Positions 7,429 to 14,676 are shown, counted from the stretch's first letter. The stretch: 15,314 nt of DNA from Nitrospirota bacterium (GCA_040758355.1 JBFLWF010000044.1:1-15314); one strand, 5' to 3'. Notes: a model not told the origin generated them from the sequence alone. Program-made: numbers and translations.

Positions 7429-8220
7429 ATGAGGCAGTGGAGTGATAGAACAATGAATAGACTGAAAGAATTGATAAGCGACCTTCAGGATTTCTACATG
7501 CTTTCCTTTCGGGGGGTTCTGAATATCTTTAAAAGACCATTTTATCTGAAAGATACAATAGAGCAGATGGACTATGCCGGGGCAGGCTCGTTTTTCATTA
7601 TCTTCATAGTCTCCCTCTTCGTGGGCATGGCCCTTTCCCTCCAGTTGTCTGCAGAGCTCTCAAGGCTCGGAATGAAGGTATATACAGGAAAGGTCGTAGG
7701 CATATCGGTGATCAGGGAATTGGGGCCTGTGGTGGCTGCCCTCGTTTTTACCGGAAGGGTTGGCGCAGGAATGGCTTCAGAATTAGGATTGATGGTGCTG
7801 GGACACCAGGTGGACACATTCAGGGTATTCGGTGTCGACCCAATAAAAAAGCTTGTTACACCGAGGATAGTGAGTTCCATAATAATGCTTCCTGCCCTGA
7901 CAATCATAGGAGACGCCGTCTCCCTTTTCGGCGGGTATTATATAGCAGTGTTTGTAAGCAATCAGAGCGGTACAGTATACTGGAGTTCGATACGGGAGGA
8001 ATTGATCTTCGAGAATGTCTTCTCCGGCGCTATTAAACCCTTTGTCTTCGGGTATCTCATAGCCTGCATATGCTGCTACATGGGGCTTTCCACAAAAGGC
8101 GGAGCAACCGGTCTCAGGCAGTCCACCACAAAGGCTGTTGTAACGTCAATCATAATGATTATAGTCTCCGATTTTATACTCACAAGGATACTGCTTTATG
8201 TGCTGGGGTTTTCAGTATGA
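7429..8220 (+). CDS. mlaE: MlaE family ABC transporter permease (MCE system)
   Basis: Motifs IRELGPV, GRVGAGMASELG, GVDPIKKLVTPR and GGATGLRQSTTKAVV. The true start may be ATG 7453, which has GGAG at 7439-7442. Confidence 0.9.
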   Translation: MRQWSDRTMNRLKELISDLQDFYMLSFRGVLNIFKRPFYLKDTIEQMDYAGAGSFFIIFIVSLFVGMALSLQLSAELSRLGMKVYTGKVVGISVIRELGPVVAALVFTGRVGAGMASELGLMVLGHQVDTFRVFGVDPIKKLVTPRIVSSIIMLPALTIIGDAVSLFGGYYIAVFVSNQSGTVYWSSIREELIFENVFSGAIKPFVFGYLIACICCYMGLSTKGGATGLRQSTTKAVVTSIIMIIVSDFILTRILLYVLGFSV

Positions 8221-8963
8221 TTGTATTCGATAAGGTATGTTTTTCATACGGCTCAAGGCAGATTATTAAAGACCTGAGTTTTTCCATAAACTCTGACGAA
8301 AGGGTTGCAGTCCTCGGAGGAAGCGGGGAAGGAAAGACAACGATCCTCAAGCTGATAATGGGCCTCATAAAACCCGATTCAGGGAAGATATTTATTGATG
8401 GCGATGATATAACAGGGAAGACAGAAGACGAACTCAGGGAAGTGCGGATGAAGTTCAGTCTTGTATTTCAGGAAGGGGCGCTCTTTGATTCTTTAAATGT
8501 AAAGGAAAACGTGGCATTCTGCCTGAGGGAATATACCAAGATGTCAGAAGAAGAGATAGATAGAAGGTCGAGAGAATTACTAAGGGTTGTTGGCGTGGAG
8601 CATGCAATGGAGTTTATGCCCGAAGAACTGAGCGGAGGAATGCACAGAAGGGTTTCCATAGCAAGGTCATTGGCTGCATGCGATCCAAAAATGTTTCTTT
8701 ACGATGAGCCTACATCAGGCCTTGACCCTGTAAATGCAGAAAATATCTGCAAACTGATTCTTGAGTTGTCGAAAGACGGAAAAGGTTTTATCATCGTCAC
8801 GCACAAGGTTGTGGATGCACTAAGGGTTGCAAGCAGGTTTATGTTTTTAAAGGATGGAGAACTGGTATTTGACGGGGACAGTGAAAAACTATTACATTCA
8901 GATATTCCTGATATCCAGGTATTTATCAGCGAATTAAGTTATGCAGGGGTAAAAAATGTTTGA
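8217..8963 (+). CDS. mlaF: MlaF family ABC transporter ATP-binding protein
   Basis: Start re-assigned to ATG 8217 (ATGA overlap with the mlaE stop, in frame with the 8070 ORF). Walker A GGSGEGKT, Q-loop FQEGALFDS, signature LSGGM, Walker B LYDEPTSGLDP, H-loop VTH. Confidence 0.9.
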   Translation: MIVFDKVCFSYGSRQIIKDLSFSINSDERVAVLGGSGEGKTTILKLIMGLIKPDSGKIFIDGDDITGKTEDELREVRMKFSLVFQEGALFDSLNVKENVAFCLREYTKMSEEEIDRRSRELLRVVGVEHAMEFMPEELSGGMHRRVSIARSLAACDPKMFLYDEPTSGLDPVNAENICKLILELSKDGKGFIIVTHKVVDALRVASRFMFLKDGELVFDGDSEKLLHSDIPDIQVFISELSYAGVKNV

Positions 8964-9942
8964 TATGAAAAGACAGCTTATGTGGTCGAAGCTCAAGGTA
9001 GGCATTGTTGTAACCATTGCCTTCGCGCTCCTGATATTTACGGTCTTTTTTGCGGGAGGCATAGAAAGCATACTTTCGCCAAAGATTGATATTAAGGCTC
9101 AGATTAAGGATGTGAGGGGATTGAGAAAGGGATCGCCTGTGTGGATATCCGGCATAGAGATAGGCTCTGTTAAGAGTATAGACCTCCATGCAGAATACGG
9201 CACCATGGTCACCATGTCTATAGCTAAGAAATCCGCAAAGTATATACGAAAAGATTCCACTGTTACTGTCCAGACCATCGGGCTTCTTGGAGACAAATAC
9301 ATCGAAATCAGCCTGGGATCTCCTGATGCAGCACCTATATCCCATGGAGATACCATAAAAGGGGTTGAGCAGATAGAGATTAAGGATATTATCAAAGCAG
9401 GCTCCACCACCCTTGTGAAGATTACGGAGTTTATAGGAGAACTCGAAGGCTTTCTTAAAAAGATAGAGAAAAGCGCCACAGGAATTGCCAATTCAAAGTT
9501 CCTTACAGACCCTCAACTCTATAATAATCTTCAGGATGCTTCAAAGTCTTTGTCAGGAATCCTGAAGGATTTTAAAGAGTCGGAAGGGACGGTTAAGAAA
9601 CTCATAGAAGACCCTTCCCTCTACAATAAAATGCTCTCGGCTACATCCTCTGTGGAAGAATTCGGCAGGAAGGTGACAGAGGGTGAGGGCTCATTGAAGA
9701 AACTCGCAGAAGACCCTGCATTATACGAAAACCTCAGTAAGGCATCGAAACAGCTTGCTGCTGTTCTGGATAAAATTGAGGCAGGAGAAGGTGTAGCGGG
9801 AAGCCTGGTCAAGGATAAGAAGCTCGAGAGCGAATTCAAAGAGAGTGTATCGGAGCTTAAGGCATTGACCAAGGATTTAAGCGAGCTGGCAAAGGATATC
9901 AAGGCAAATCCAAAGAAATATTTTAAATTCAGCATTTTCTAA
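8956..9942 (+). CDS. mlaD: MlaD/MCE family protein with long helical C-terminal region
   Basis: N-terminal TM after KLKVG. MCE motifs GLRKGSPVWISGIEIGSV and GLLGDKYIEI. Repeated G-T/S-V/L-KKL..DP.LY helices and C-terminal DIKANPKKY. Confidence 0.88.
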   Translation: MFDMKRQLMWSKLKVGIVVTIAFALLIFTVFFAGGIESILSPKIDIKAQIKDVRGLRKGSPVWISGIEIGSVKSIDLHAEYGTMVTMSIAKKSAKYIRKDSTVTVQTIGLLGDKYIEISLGSPDAAPISHGDTIKGVEQIEIKDIIKAGSTTLVKITEFIGELEGFLKKIEKSATGIANSKFLTDPQLYNNLQDASKSLSGILKDFKESEGTVKKLIEDPSLYNKMLSATSSVEEFGRKVTEGEGSLKKLAEDPALYENLSKASKQLAAVLDKIEAGEGVAGSLVKDKKLESEFKESVSELKALTKDLSELAKDIKANPKKYFKFSIF

Positions 9943-9959
9943 ATGGGGGATAAAAGAAT

Positions 9960-10298
9960 ATGAGAAGCTTTATTTTGGCTGCATTTGTATTATGTTTATT
10001 TTCTCATTTTGCAGATGCCAGGGAGTCATGCGTTACAGAAAAGTGTCACTCCAATATGGGCAAGGAAAAGTATGTGCACGGCCCTGTGGCAGTTGGTGAC
10101 TGCCTGATGTGCCACTCTAAAACAGGACAGCATAAATTTGCACCAATAAAGGGTGATGAAAAGCTCTGTTATAAATGCCATCCTGACAGGATGGATTTAA
10201 CAAAAGAGGCTCATAAACAGGTCAAGGGCAATTGTACCAATTGCCACAATCCCCATCAGTCTTCTTACAAATATCAGTTGAAAAAAGAAAAGATGTGA
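9960..10298 (+). CDS. Small periplasmic tetraheme cytochrome c (doubled-CXXCH/cytochrome c3-like)
   Basis: Signal peptide ending FADA. Heme motifs CVTEKCH (CX4CH), CLMCH, CYKCH and CTNCH, with HGPV and CHNPH motifs. Confidence 0.85.
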   Translation: MRSFILAAFVLCLFSHFADARESCVTEKCHSNMGKEKYVHGPVAVGDCLMCHSKTGQHKFAPIKGDEKLCYKCHPDRMDLTKEAHKQVKGNCTNCHNPHQSSYKYQLKKEKM

Positions 10299-10326
10299 TC
10301 ACTGTCGTCCAAAATAATTCTTTATT

Positions 10327-10493
10327 AAGACATAAGGCTCGATTTATTTGCAAAATAAACTACCTTATTGCAAGTGTATATCGCTTAATTGACCATAAGC
10401 CTACAGTTAAGTTGTTTCGCCCAGCTTCCGCTTCGACTTTCGCTGGGTCGAGGCAAACCGTGATTTTGCTTCATAAATCGAGCCTTATGTCTT
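10327..10493. mobile_element. MITE-like element with perfect 21-bp terminal inverted repeats
   Basis: AAGACATAAGGCTCGATTTAT (10327-10347) and ATAAATCGAGCCTTATGTCTT (10473-10493). Pairing continues inward through GCAAAAT/ATTTTGC. It is intergenic. Confidence 0.7.
10414..10458. repeat. GC-rich imperfect hairpin nested in the MITE-like element
   Basis: GTTTCGCCCAGC...GCTGGGTCGAGGCAAAC. The CCCAGC/GCTGGG core stem forms a GC-rich island in AT-rich DNA. Confidence 0.5.
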
Positions 10494-10536
10494 TTTTATG
10501 CTATATCAAAAATTTATTTTGGACAAATGTGAGATA

Positions 10537-10545
10537 TGATAAACT
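10537..10545 (+). promoter_or_regulatory. Extended -10 promoter directly upstream of the mat start (leaderless candidate)
   Basis: TG-A-TAAACT ends 6 nt before ATG 10552. No SD in between. Confidence 0.5.
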
Positions 10546-10551
10546 TTAATT

Positions 10552-11754
10552 ATGATAGTCATTGAGACATTTAAGGGCAAATCCATTATAGAGCATCGTG
10601 TGGAGATCGTGGAGCGTAAAGGCACGGGGCATCCTGATTACATGTGCGATTCAATGATGGATGCCATTTCTGTGGCATTGTCGAAGGAGTACATCAAGGA
10701 ATTCGGCACCGTCCTCCACCACAACATAGACAAGGGTCTTCTTGCAGCAGGAAGGACCGACAAAAGGTTCGGCGGAGGCAGGGTTCTAAAACCAATGGAA
10801 CTTATCATAGGGGACAGGGCAACATTCAGGGCTGCAGGGAAAAAGATACCGGTTGCCGAGATCGCCATAGATGCTTCAAAAAAATGGATTAAGGAAAATC
10901 TCAGGTTTGTTGACCCTGAAAGGCATTTAAAGTATCGTGTCGTCCTTGCCCCTGGATCAGAAGAGTTGACCGATATTTTTTTGAGGCCCGGCAAAGTCAG
11001 GCCTGCCAATGACACTTCTGCTGCTGTGGGATATTATCCTTTGAGTCCTGCGGAGAAGATTGTCCTCGAACTGGAGAGATACCTGAACTCGAAAAAGTTT
11101 AAAGATAAATATCCCGAGACAGGCGAAGACATAAAGGTTATGGGATTGAGGAGAGGGAATATTCTGGATTTGACAGTAGCCATGCCTTTCATTGCCAATT
11201 ACATAAGATCCGAAAAAAATTATTTTGAAAGAAAATCTGTAGTGCAGAAAGATATGATGAGGTTTGTTAATGGATTCAAAGGATTTAAAGGTATAGAAGT
11301 TCATTTTAATACCCTTGATGAGGAAGGAAGGGGGCTCGGCGGGATTTATCTGAGCCTTCTTGGCACATCGGCAGAGGATGCCGACTCAGGCCAGGTTGGC
11401 CGTGGCAATAGAGTTAACGGACTTATATCCATGAACAGGCCGCTGGGAACAGAGGCAGCAGCAGGAAAGAATCCTGTGAGCCATGTGGGGAAGATATACA
11501 ATGTATTTGCACACAAGATAGCAAAGGAGATTTACGAAAAGATAGAAGGAATAAAAGAGGTTTACGTCCTCCTTTTAAGCAGGATAGGCACACCCATTGA
11601 CCAGCCCCAGATGGCAACTGCCCAGGTCTTGCTTGAGAGAGGAAGGAAGATTAATGAGATAGCAAAGATGGCAGAGGAGATATTCGAGCAGGAGTTTTCG
11701 AAGATAAATAAGTTCTGCATGGAATTGAGCAAGGGCAAATATCCTATTTGCTGA
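10552..11754 (+). CDS. mat: Methionine adenosyltransferase (SAM synthetase), archaeal type
   Basis: Motifs EIVERKGTGHPDYMCD, HHNIDK, ANDTS, GEDIKVMG, DSGQVGRGNRVNGLI and EAAAGKNPVSHVGKIYN are those of the archaeal-type family, not canonical MetK (SESVTEGHPDK, GAGDQG). Confidence 0.92.
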   Translation: MIVIETFKGKSIIEHRVEIVERKGTGHPDYMCDSMMDAISVALSKEYIKEFGTVLHHNIDKGLLAAGRTDKRFGGGRVLKPMELIIGDRATFRAAGKKIPVAEIAIDASKKWIKENLRFVDPERHLKYRVVLAPGSEELTDIFLRPGKVRPANDTSAAVGYYPLSPAEKIVLELERYLNSKKFKDKYPETGEDIKVMGLRRGNILDLTVAMPFIANYIRSEKNYFERKSVVQKDMMRFVNGFKGFKGIEVHFNTLDEEGRGLGGIYLSLLGTSAEDADSGQVGRGNRVNGLISMNRPLGTEAAAGKNPVSHVGKIYNVFAHKIAKEIYEKIEGIKEVYVLLLSRIGTPIDQPQMATAQVLLERGRKINEIAKMAEEIFEQEFSKINKFCMELSKGKYPIC

Positions 11755-11805
11755 ATATATCGATTCGTTCAAGCCAGTCATGCTTATCGCTTGGTTTCTT
11801 GATTA

Positions 11806-11814
11806 TGTTATAAT
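11806..11814 (+). promoter_or_regulatory. Extended -10 promoter directly upstream of the def start (leaderless candidate)
   Basis: Perfect TG-T-TATAAT ends 5 nt before ATG 11820. No SD. Confidence 0.65.
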
Positions 11815-11819
11815 TTCCT

Positions 11820-12353
11820 ATGGCTGTTTTGGAGATTAGAAAGTATCCGGATGAAGTCCTGAAGAAAAAAGCCCTGCTTGTTGAGAATATCGATAAGGAT
11901 TTGCAGCGCCTTATCGACAACATGATAGAGACCATGTATGCCGCTCCGGGCATCGGACTTGCTGCACCTCAGGTCGGTGTCTCAAAAAGGCTTATAGTCA
12001 TTGATGTGAGCACAAAGGATGAAAGACATCCCCTTATTGTCCTGATTAATCCCGAAATAACAGAAGCGGATAGTTTTATCGATTCCGAAGAAGGATGCCT
12101 GAGCGTACCCGGCTATACTTCGACTATAAAAAGGGCAGGAAGGGTCGTTGTAAAAGGGCTTGACAGGAATGGCAAGCCTGTTCAGATTGAAGGCACAGGT
12201 CTTTTTGCAAGGGCGCTTCAGCATGAGATAGACCATCTCGATGGTGTTTTGTTTGTTGACAGAATGAGTTCGATAAAGCGGGAATTCTTTAAAAAGAGAT
12301 ACCTTAAAAAGACAGTAGTCAGTAGCCAGCAGTCAGCAGTCAGGAGCCAGTAG
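11820..12353 (+). CDS. def: Peptide deformylase
   Basis: Motifs GIGLAAPQVG, EGCLS and HEIDH. The C-terminal VVSSQQSAVRSQ is repeat-derived. Confidence 0.97.
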   Translation: MAVLEIRKYPDEVLKKKALLVENIDKDLQRLIDNMIETMYAAPGIGLAAPQVGVSKRLIVIDVSTKDERHPLIVLINPEITEADSFIDSEEGCLSVPGYTSTIKRAGRVVVKGLDRNGKPVQIEGTGLFARALQHEIDHLDGVLFVDRMSSIKREFFKKRYLKKTVVSSQQSAVRSQ

Positions 12354-12361
12354 TCAGGAGA
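12313..12361 (+). repeat. 7-bp tandem repeat spanning the def stop codon and the fmt RBS
   Basis: CAGTAGT CAGTAGC CAGCAGT CAGCAGT CAGGAGC CAGTAGT CAGGAGA (7 units). Confidence 0.92.
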
Positions 12362-12365
12362 TAAC

Positions 12366-13301
12366 GTGGCATTAATCTTTTTCGGCACACCCCAATTCGC
12401 TGTCCCTTCATTAAAGGCGCTCATCGATGAAAAGGAAGATATTGCACTTGTTGTCACACAGCCTGACAAAGTGAAAGGAAGAGGACACATGCTTTCATCC
12501 CCACCTGTTAAAGAGCTGGCACTGTCCTATGGATTAAAGGTTTTACAGCCAAATAAAATCAGGAATGAAGATTTTTATAATGAATTAAGGTCCATAGCTC
12601 CGGAATTTATTATCGTGGTCGCTTATGGAAAGATACTCCCGGAGGAAATACTTAATATGCCAAAATTCGGATGCATAAATGTACATGCATCCCTTTTGCC
12701 CAAATACCGGGGAGCAGCGCCAATCCAGTGGGCTTTGATAAATGGCGAAAAGGTGACGGGCATAACAACAATGCTCATGGATAAAGGCCTTGACACAGGA
12801 GATGTGCTCTTGAGGTCGGAACTGGAAATCAAGGCTGATGACAATTCAGAAACGCTTTTTAAAAAACTATCCGAACTCGGTGCTAAGACATTGATTGACA
12901 CCATAAAGGGTATGAGGGAAGGAAAGATAAAACCTGTTCCGCAAACAGGAGAAGCAAGTTACGCACCGCCGCTTAAAAAAGAGGACGGGAAAATAGACTG
13001 GAACAGGACTTCAGATGAGTTGTTTAATTTTGTGAGGGGCATGTATCCGTGGCCGTCAGCCTTTTGTTATTTCAATGATGAGAGGATAAAGATTGTCAGA
13101 AGTCATAAATCAGAGGTCGGAATTCAGAAAGAAGCAGTTCCGGGGAGGATTGTAAAAGCATCTGATGGAGAAATGATTGTTGAAACAGGAAAAGGTTTTT
13201 TATCGATAGAGGAGCTTCAGCCCGAAGGGAAAAAAGTTATGTCTGCAAAGGCATTTTTGGCAGGCAGAAAGTTGAAGGAAGGTTATGACAGGTTTGCTTA
13301 G
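12366..13301 (+). CDS. fmt: Methionyl-tRNA formyltransferase
   Basis: Motifs FFGTPQFA, VVTQPD, VVAYG, INVHASLLPKYRGAAPI and GLDTGD. GTG start with SD AGGAG, directly after def. Confidence 0.97.
   Translation: MALIFFGTPQFAVPSLKALIDEKEDIALVVTQPDKVKGRGHMLSSPPVKELALSYGLKVLQPNKIRNEDFYNELRSIAPEFIIVVAYGKILPEEILNMPKFGCINVHASLLPKYRGAAPIQWALINGEKVTGITTMLMDKGLDTGDVLLRSELEIKADDNSETLFKKLSELGAKTLIDTIKGMREGKIKPVPQTGEASYAPPLKKEDGKIDWNRTSDELFNFVRGMYPWPSAFCYFNDERIKIVRSHKSEVGIQKEAVPGRIVKASDGEMIVETGKGFLSIEELQPEGKKVMSAKAFLAGRKLKEGYDRFA
13096..13130 (+). repeat. Degenerate 7-bp tandem repeat inside the fmt C-terminal domain
   Basis: TCAGAAG TCATAAA TCAGAGG TCGGAAT TCAGAAA (5 units), encoding VRSHKSEVGIQK. Confidence 0.7.
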
Positions 13302-13803
13302 GGCAATGGTCTTAAAGGTGCTTTATCCCATGCTCATGCTTGTGGGTGCATTTTTTAAGGACAAAAAGGAAAAACTGCAACTATTCATTATTGACCTCAA
13401 TAATAGGCTTGTGAGGGTTCAGGGCTTTAAGACAAAGAGGATACTGCTGCTTCTGCCGCACTGCCTGCAAATAAACGATTGCGATGTGAGAATTACAAAT
13501 GACATTTACAACTGCAAGAGATGCGGCAGGTGCAATATAAAGGACTTGATTCAGGTCGCTGATGACAACAAGCTCAAATTATTTGTCGCCACCGGCGGAA
13601 ATCTTGCGAGGCGCATTGTAAGCGATGTAAAGCCTGAAGCTGTAGTTGCAGTGGCTTGTGAAAGGGACTTGAGCAGCGGCATAGCGGACGCCTATCCCCT
13701 TCCCGTTCTGGGCATTCCAAACGAAAGGCCGTTCGGCCCATGCTTTAACACCCGCGTTGATTTAACAAAGGTCAAAGAGGCAATAGAATTCTTCGGGAAA
13801 TAA
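13285..13803 (+). CDS. DUF116 family Cys-rich protein
   Basis: Motifs LLLPHCLQ, CKRCGRC, VATGG, AVACERDL and GPCFNT. Overlaps the fmt end by 17 nt. Confidence 0.85.
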   Translation: MTGLLRAMVLKVLYPMLMLVGAFFKDKKEKLQLFIIDLNNRLVRVQGFKTKRILLLLPHCLQINDCDVRITNDIYNCKRCGRCNIKDLIQVADDNKLKLFVATGGNLARRIVSDVKPEAVVAVACERDLSSGIADAYPLPVLGIPNERPFGPCFNTRVDLTKVKEAIEFFGK

Positions 13804-13839
13804 CAGGGGTAATTTTCACATCCATTTTCTTTTGCGAAA

Positions 13840-13848
13840 TGATATAAT
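13840..13848 (+). promoter_or_regulatory. Extended -10 promoter of the toxin-antitoxin pair
   Basis: TG-A-TATAAT, overlapping palindrome ATTGCAAT (13847-13854). SD GGGAGGT precedes ATG 13882. Confidence 0.55.
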
Positions 13849-13881
13849 TGCAATATGACTGACTATGGGAGGTGGATATAA

Positions 13882-14196
13882 ATGGCATCGGTTGACACCC
13901 AATACGAACATGTAAGCATAGACGAGCATGGAGTGCCGTTCATCTCAGGCACTACCATGAAGGTTGTCGAGCTTATAGTCGAAAAGATGGCATACGGCTG
14001 GAGTCCCGAGGAGATTCATTTCCAGCACCCGTATCTTACATTGGGACAGATTTATTCCGCGCTGGCATATTACAGCGACCACGCAGAAGAGCTTGACGCC
14101 GATATTGAAAGAAGGTTGAAATCCGTCGAAGCCGCTAAATATTCGTCCGAAGCTTCATCCCTTGCAGCACGGCTGAAATCAAAAGGGCTGCTGTAA
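13882..14196 (+). CDS. DUF433 domain protein (putative antitoxin)
   Basis: Pattern GVPFISGTTMKVVELI...GWSPEEIHFQHPYLTLGQIYSALAYY. Confidence 0.85.
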   Translation: MASVDTQYEHVSIDEHGVPFISGTTMKVVELIVEKMAYGWSPEEIHFQHPYLTLGQIYSALAYYSDHAEELDADIERRLKSVEAAKYSSEASSLAARLKSKGLL

Positions 14197-14544
14197 ATGG
14201 CGGTCGGCCTTTACATGGATGTTCATATTCCAAGAGCAATTACCCTCGGTCTCCGCATTAAGAAAGTCGATGTTCTTACAGCGCAGGAAGATAACTCTAC
14301 AGATCTGTCGGATGCTTTATTGCTGGATCGCGCTACCGCTTTGAAGCGTTGCCTGTTTACTTTTGACGATGACTTGCTTGCCGAGGCCAAAAAGAGACAG
14401 GCAACAGGAGCGCACTTTTCAGGAGTAATATATGCCCATCCATTGAAAATTTCTATTGGCCGCTGTGTTCATGATTTGGAAATCATTTGCAGGGCAGGGG
14501 ATATAGAGGATTTAGCTGACAGAGTAGAATTTTTACCGCTTTGA
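14197..14544 (+). CDS. DUF5615 family PIN-like protein (putative toxin)
   Basis: Acidic PIN-like motifs LYMDVHIP, DVLTAQED, SDALLL, LFTFDDD and HFSGVIY. Coupled to the DUF433 gene by TAAATG. Confidence 0.82.
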   Translation: MAVGLYMDVHIPRAITLGLRIKKVDVLTAQEDNSTDLSDALLLDRATALKRCLFTFDDDLLAEAKKRQATGAHFSGVIYAHPLKISIGRCVHDLEIICRAGDIEDLADRVEFLPL

Positions 14545-14561
14545 GAGCAGGGGGAAGTTAT

Positions 14562-14675
14562 ATGCGATATTTTGTGAAGGTTTTTATTTTTGCCGTCCTT
14601 AATATATTCCTGTTTGCCGGATTATCCCACGCTGAAAAAGTTACCTTGAAGAATGCTCTAATGTTGGAGCGCTAA
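14562..14675 (+). pseudogene. 37-aa remnant of a secreted protein (signal peptide plus a few residues)
   Basis: MRYFVKVFIFAVLNIFLFAGLSHA-EKVTLKNALMLER-stop, preceded by SD-like AGGGGGA. Not in the supplied ORF track because of its size. Confidence 0.5.
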
Positions 14676-14676
14676 A

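Noticed and set aside
8070..8216. Long N-terminal extension of MlaF
   Set aside because: It overlaps mlaE by 150 nt. ATG 8217 gives a normal ABC ATPase start with ATGA coupling.
9480..9830. Recurring GAAGACCCT-like sequences in mlaD
   Set aside because: They reflect protein-level helical repeats (EDPxLY) common in long MCE proteins.
10232..10549. 105-aa + strand ORF between the cytochrome and mat
   Set aside because: It overlaps the cytochrome gene, runs through the MITE inverted repeats and has no recognisable motif.
10300..10551. SAM riboswitch upstream of the SAM synthetase
   Set aside because: No SAM-I or SAM-II consensus is recognisable. The structure is explained by terminal inverted repeats.
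11790..11815. dif-like site (TTATGTTA resembles a XerD arm)
   Set aside because: There is no XerC arm at the right spacing. The sequence is better explained as an extended -10 promoter.
224..12904. Minus-strand and nested short ORFs in the ORF track
   Set aside because: They are shadows of well-supported + strand genes and have no motifs of their own.
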